A stretch of DNA of 59,939 nucleotides from Nemertoderma westbladi (lineage: Eukaryota; Animalia; Xenacoelomorpha): contig JAUCBJ010006993.1 of the NCBI GenBank assembly GCA_032718475.1, positions 1-59,939 on the forward strand, in the 5' to 3' direction. Every line of letters begins with the position of its first letter. Position 1 is the first letter of the stretch. Made by a program: the position numbers and the translations under genes. Positions 59,340-59,939 of the stretch are shown one piece after another. The notes under the pieces were generated by a model. The model searched no databases, had not been told where the DNA came from, and saw nothing but the letters and a program-made list of their open reading frames with translations.

Positions 59340-59939
59340 CTTAACAAAAACATTCTTGCCACCACCATGCAATGCAATTTTCGAAATTTGGAATATAAGT
59401 TCAGAAGAACCCTGCATCCAATTCTTCTGAACAAATTTTGCCTCAAATGCGCTGGAGCTTTTTTAGAACAAAAAGGCCCCAAAATAGGGCTTTTTGGGCC
59501 TTGATATAAAAAGGCTCCAGAAAAAGGGCATTTCCAACCAAATTTGTTCAGAAGTATAGAGAAAGGTATTCTTAACAAGTCTACCAAATTTCAACTTACT
59601 TCAGTTAAAATTGGCGGAGATATAGCCTTTTTCTTGAAAAAACGTCATTCTGAGATATGGGTGTTTAAAGTTTAAGGAACAATTCAAACTTTCCAGCTAT
59701 TTTAGATAATACCATTTTTATATGTTCAACAATAACTTTGTCAAAAATGAATGAAATTCAAAGACATTTTTCATTCTTCCTAAAGATATAACTAATAAAA
59801 CAACTTTTTAGCAATTTTATTCATATCTGTACCGTGAGAGCCTTTTTTATGAAAAGGGCCCCGTACAATTGTAAAGTATAGTGCTGCTCGAACGCTTGAG
59901 AAGGTTTGAGAAAAGATATGAGAAAACTGCTTACAGATT
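59340..59939. repeat. Probable DNA-transposon-derived repeat, related to 14680-14735
   Basis: Shares aaaa(a/t)tggcggag...gtcattctgagata and has an internal inverted pair ctggagctttttt / aaaaaggctccag. Confidence 0.35.

Overview
AT-rich, transposon-dense invertebrate animal DNA (species not identifiable from the sequence). It holds four intact host genes, each a single uninterrupted ORF: HENMT1, TP53RK/Bud32, ALG12 and a 1598-aa TRPM2 with an intact Nudix box. Two related Bel/Pao-derived LTR elements lie head-to-head around HENMT1. Both encode Gag and protease only, with no RT or integrase core. One is complete and very young (1175-bp LTRs with 2 differences seen, GTTAC target-site duplication). 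Best candidate for an undescribed system: neither element has a tRNA primer-binding site. Instead, the 11 or 13 nt after each 5' LTR are perfectly complementary to a site inside that element's own LTR, and the two sites co-vary between the elements, suggesting Tf1-like self-priming in a Bel/Pao lineage. The window also has a Gypsy-type integrase tail fused to a PWWP-like domain, hAT, Harbinger, MULE, Academ and foldback elements with visible TSDs, tRNA-derived SINEs, several minisatellites, and strong enrichment of the palindromes TACCGGTA and TAGGCCTA. All comparisons were made by eye; no searches were run.
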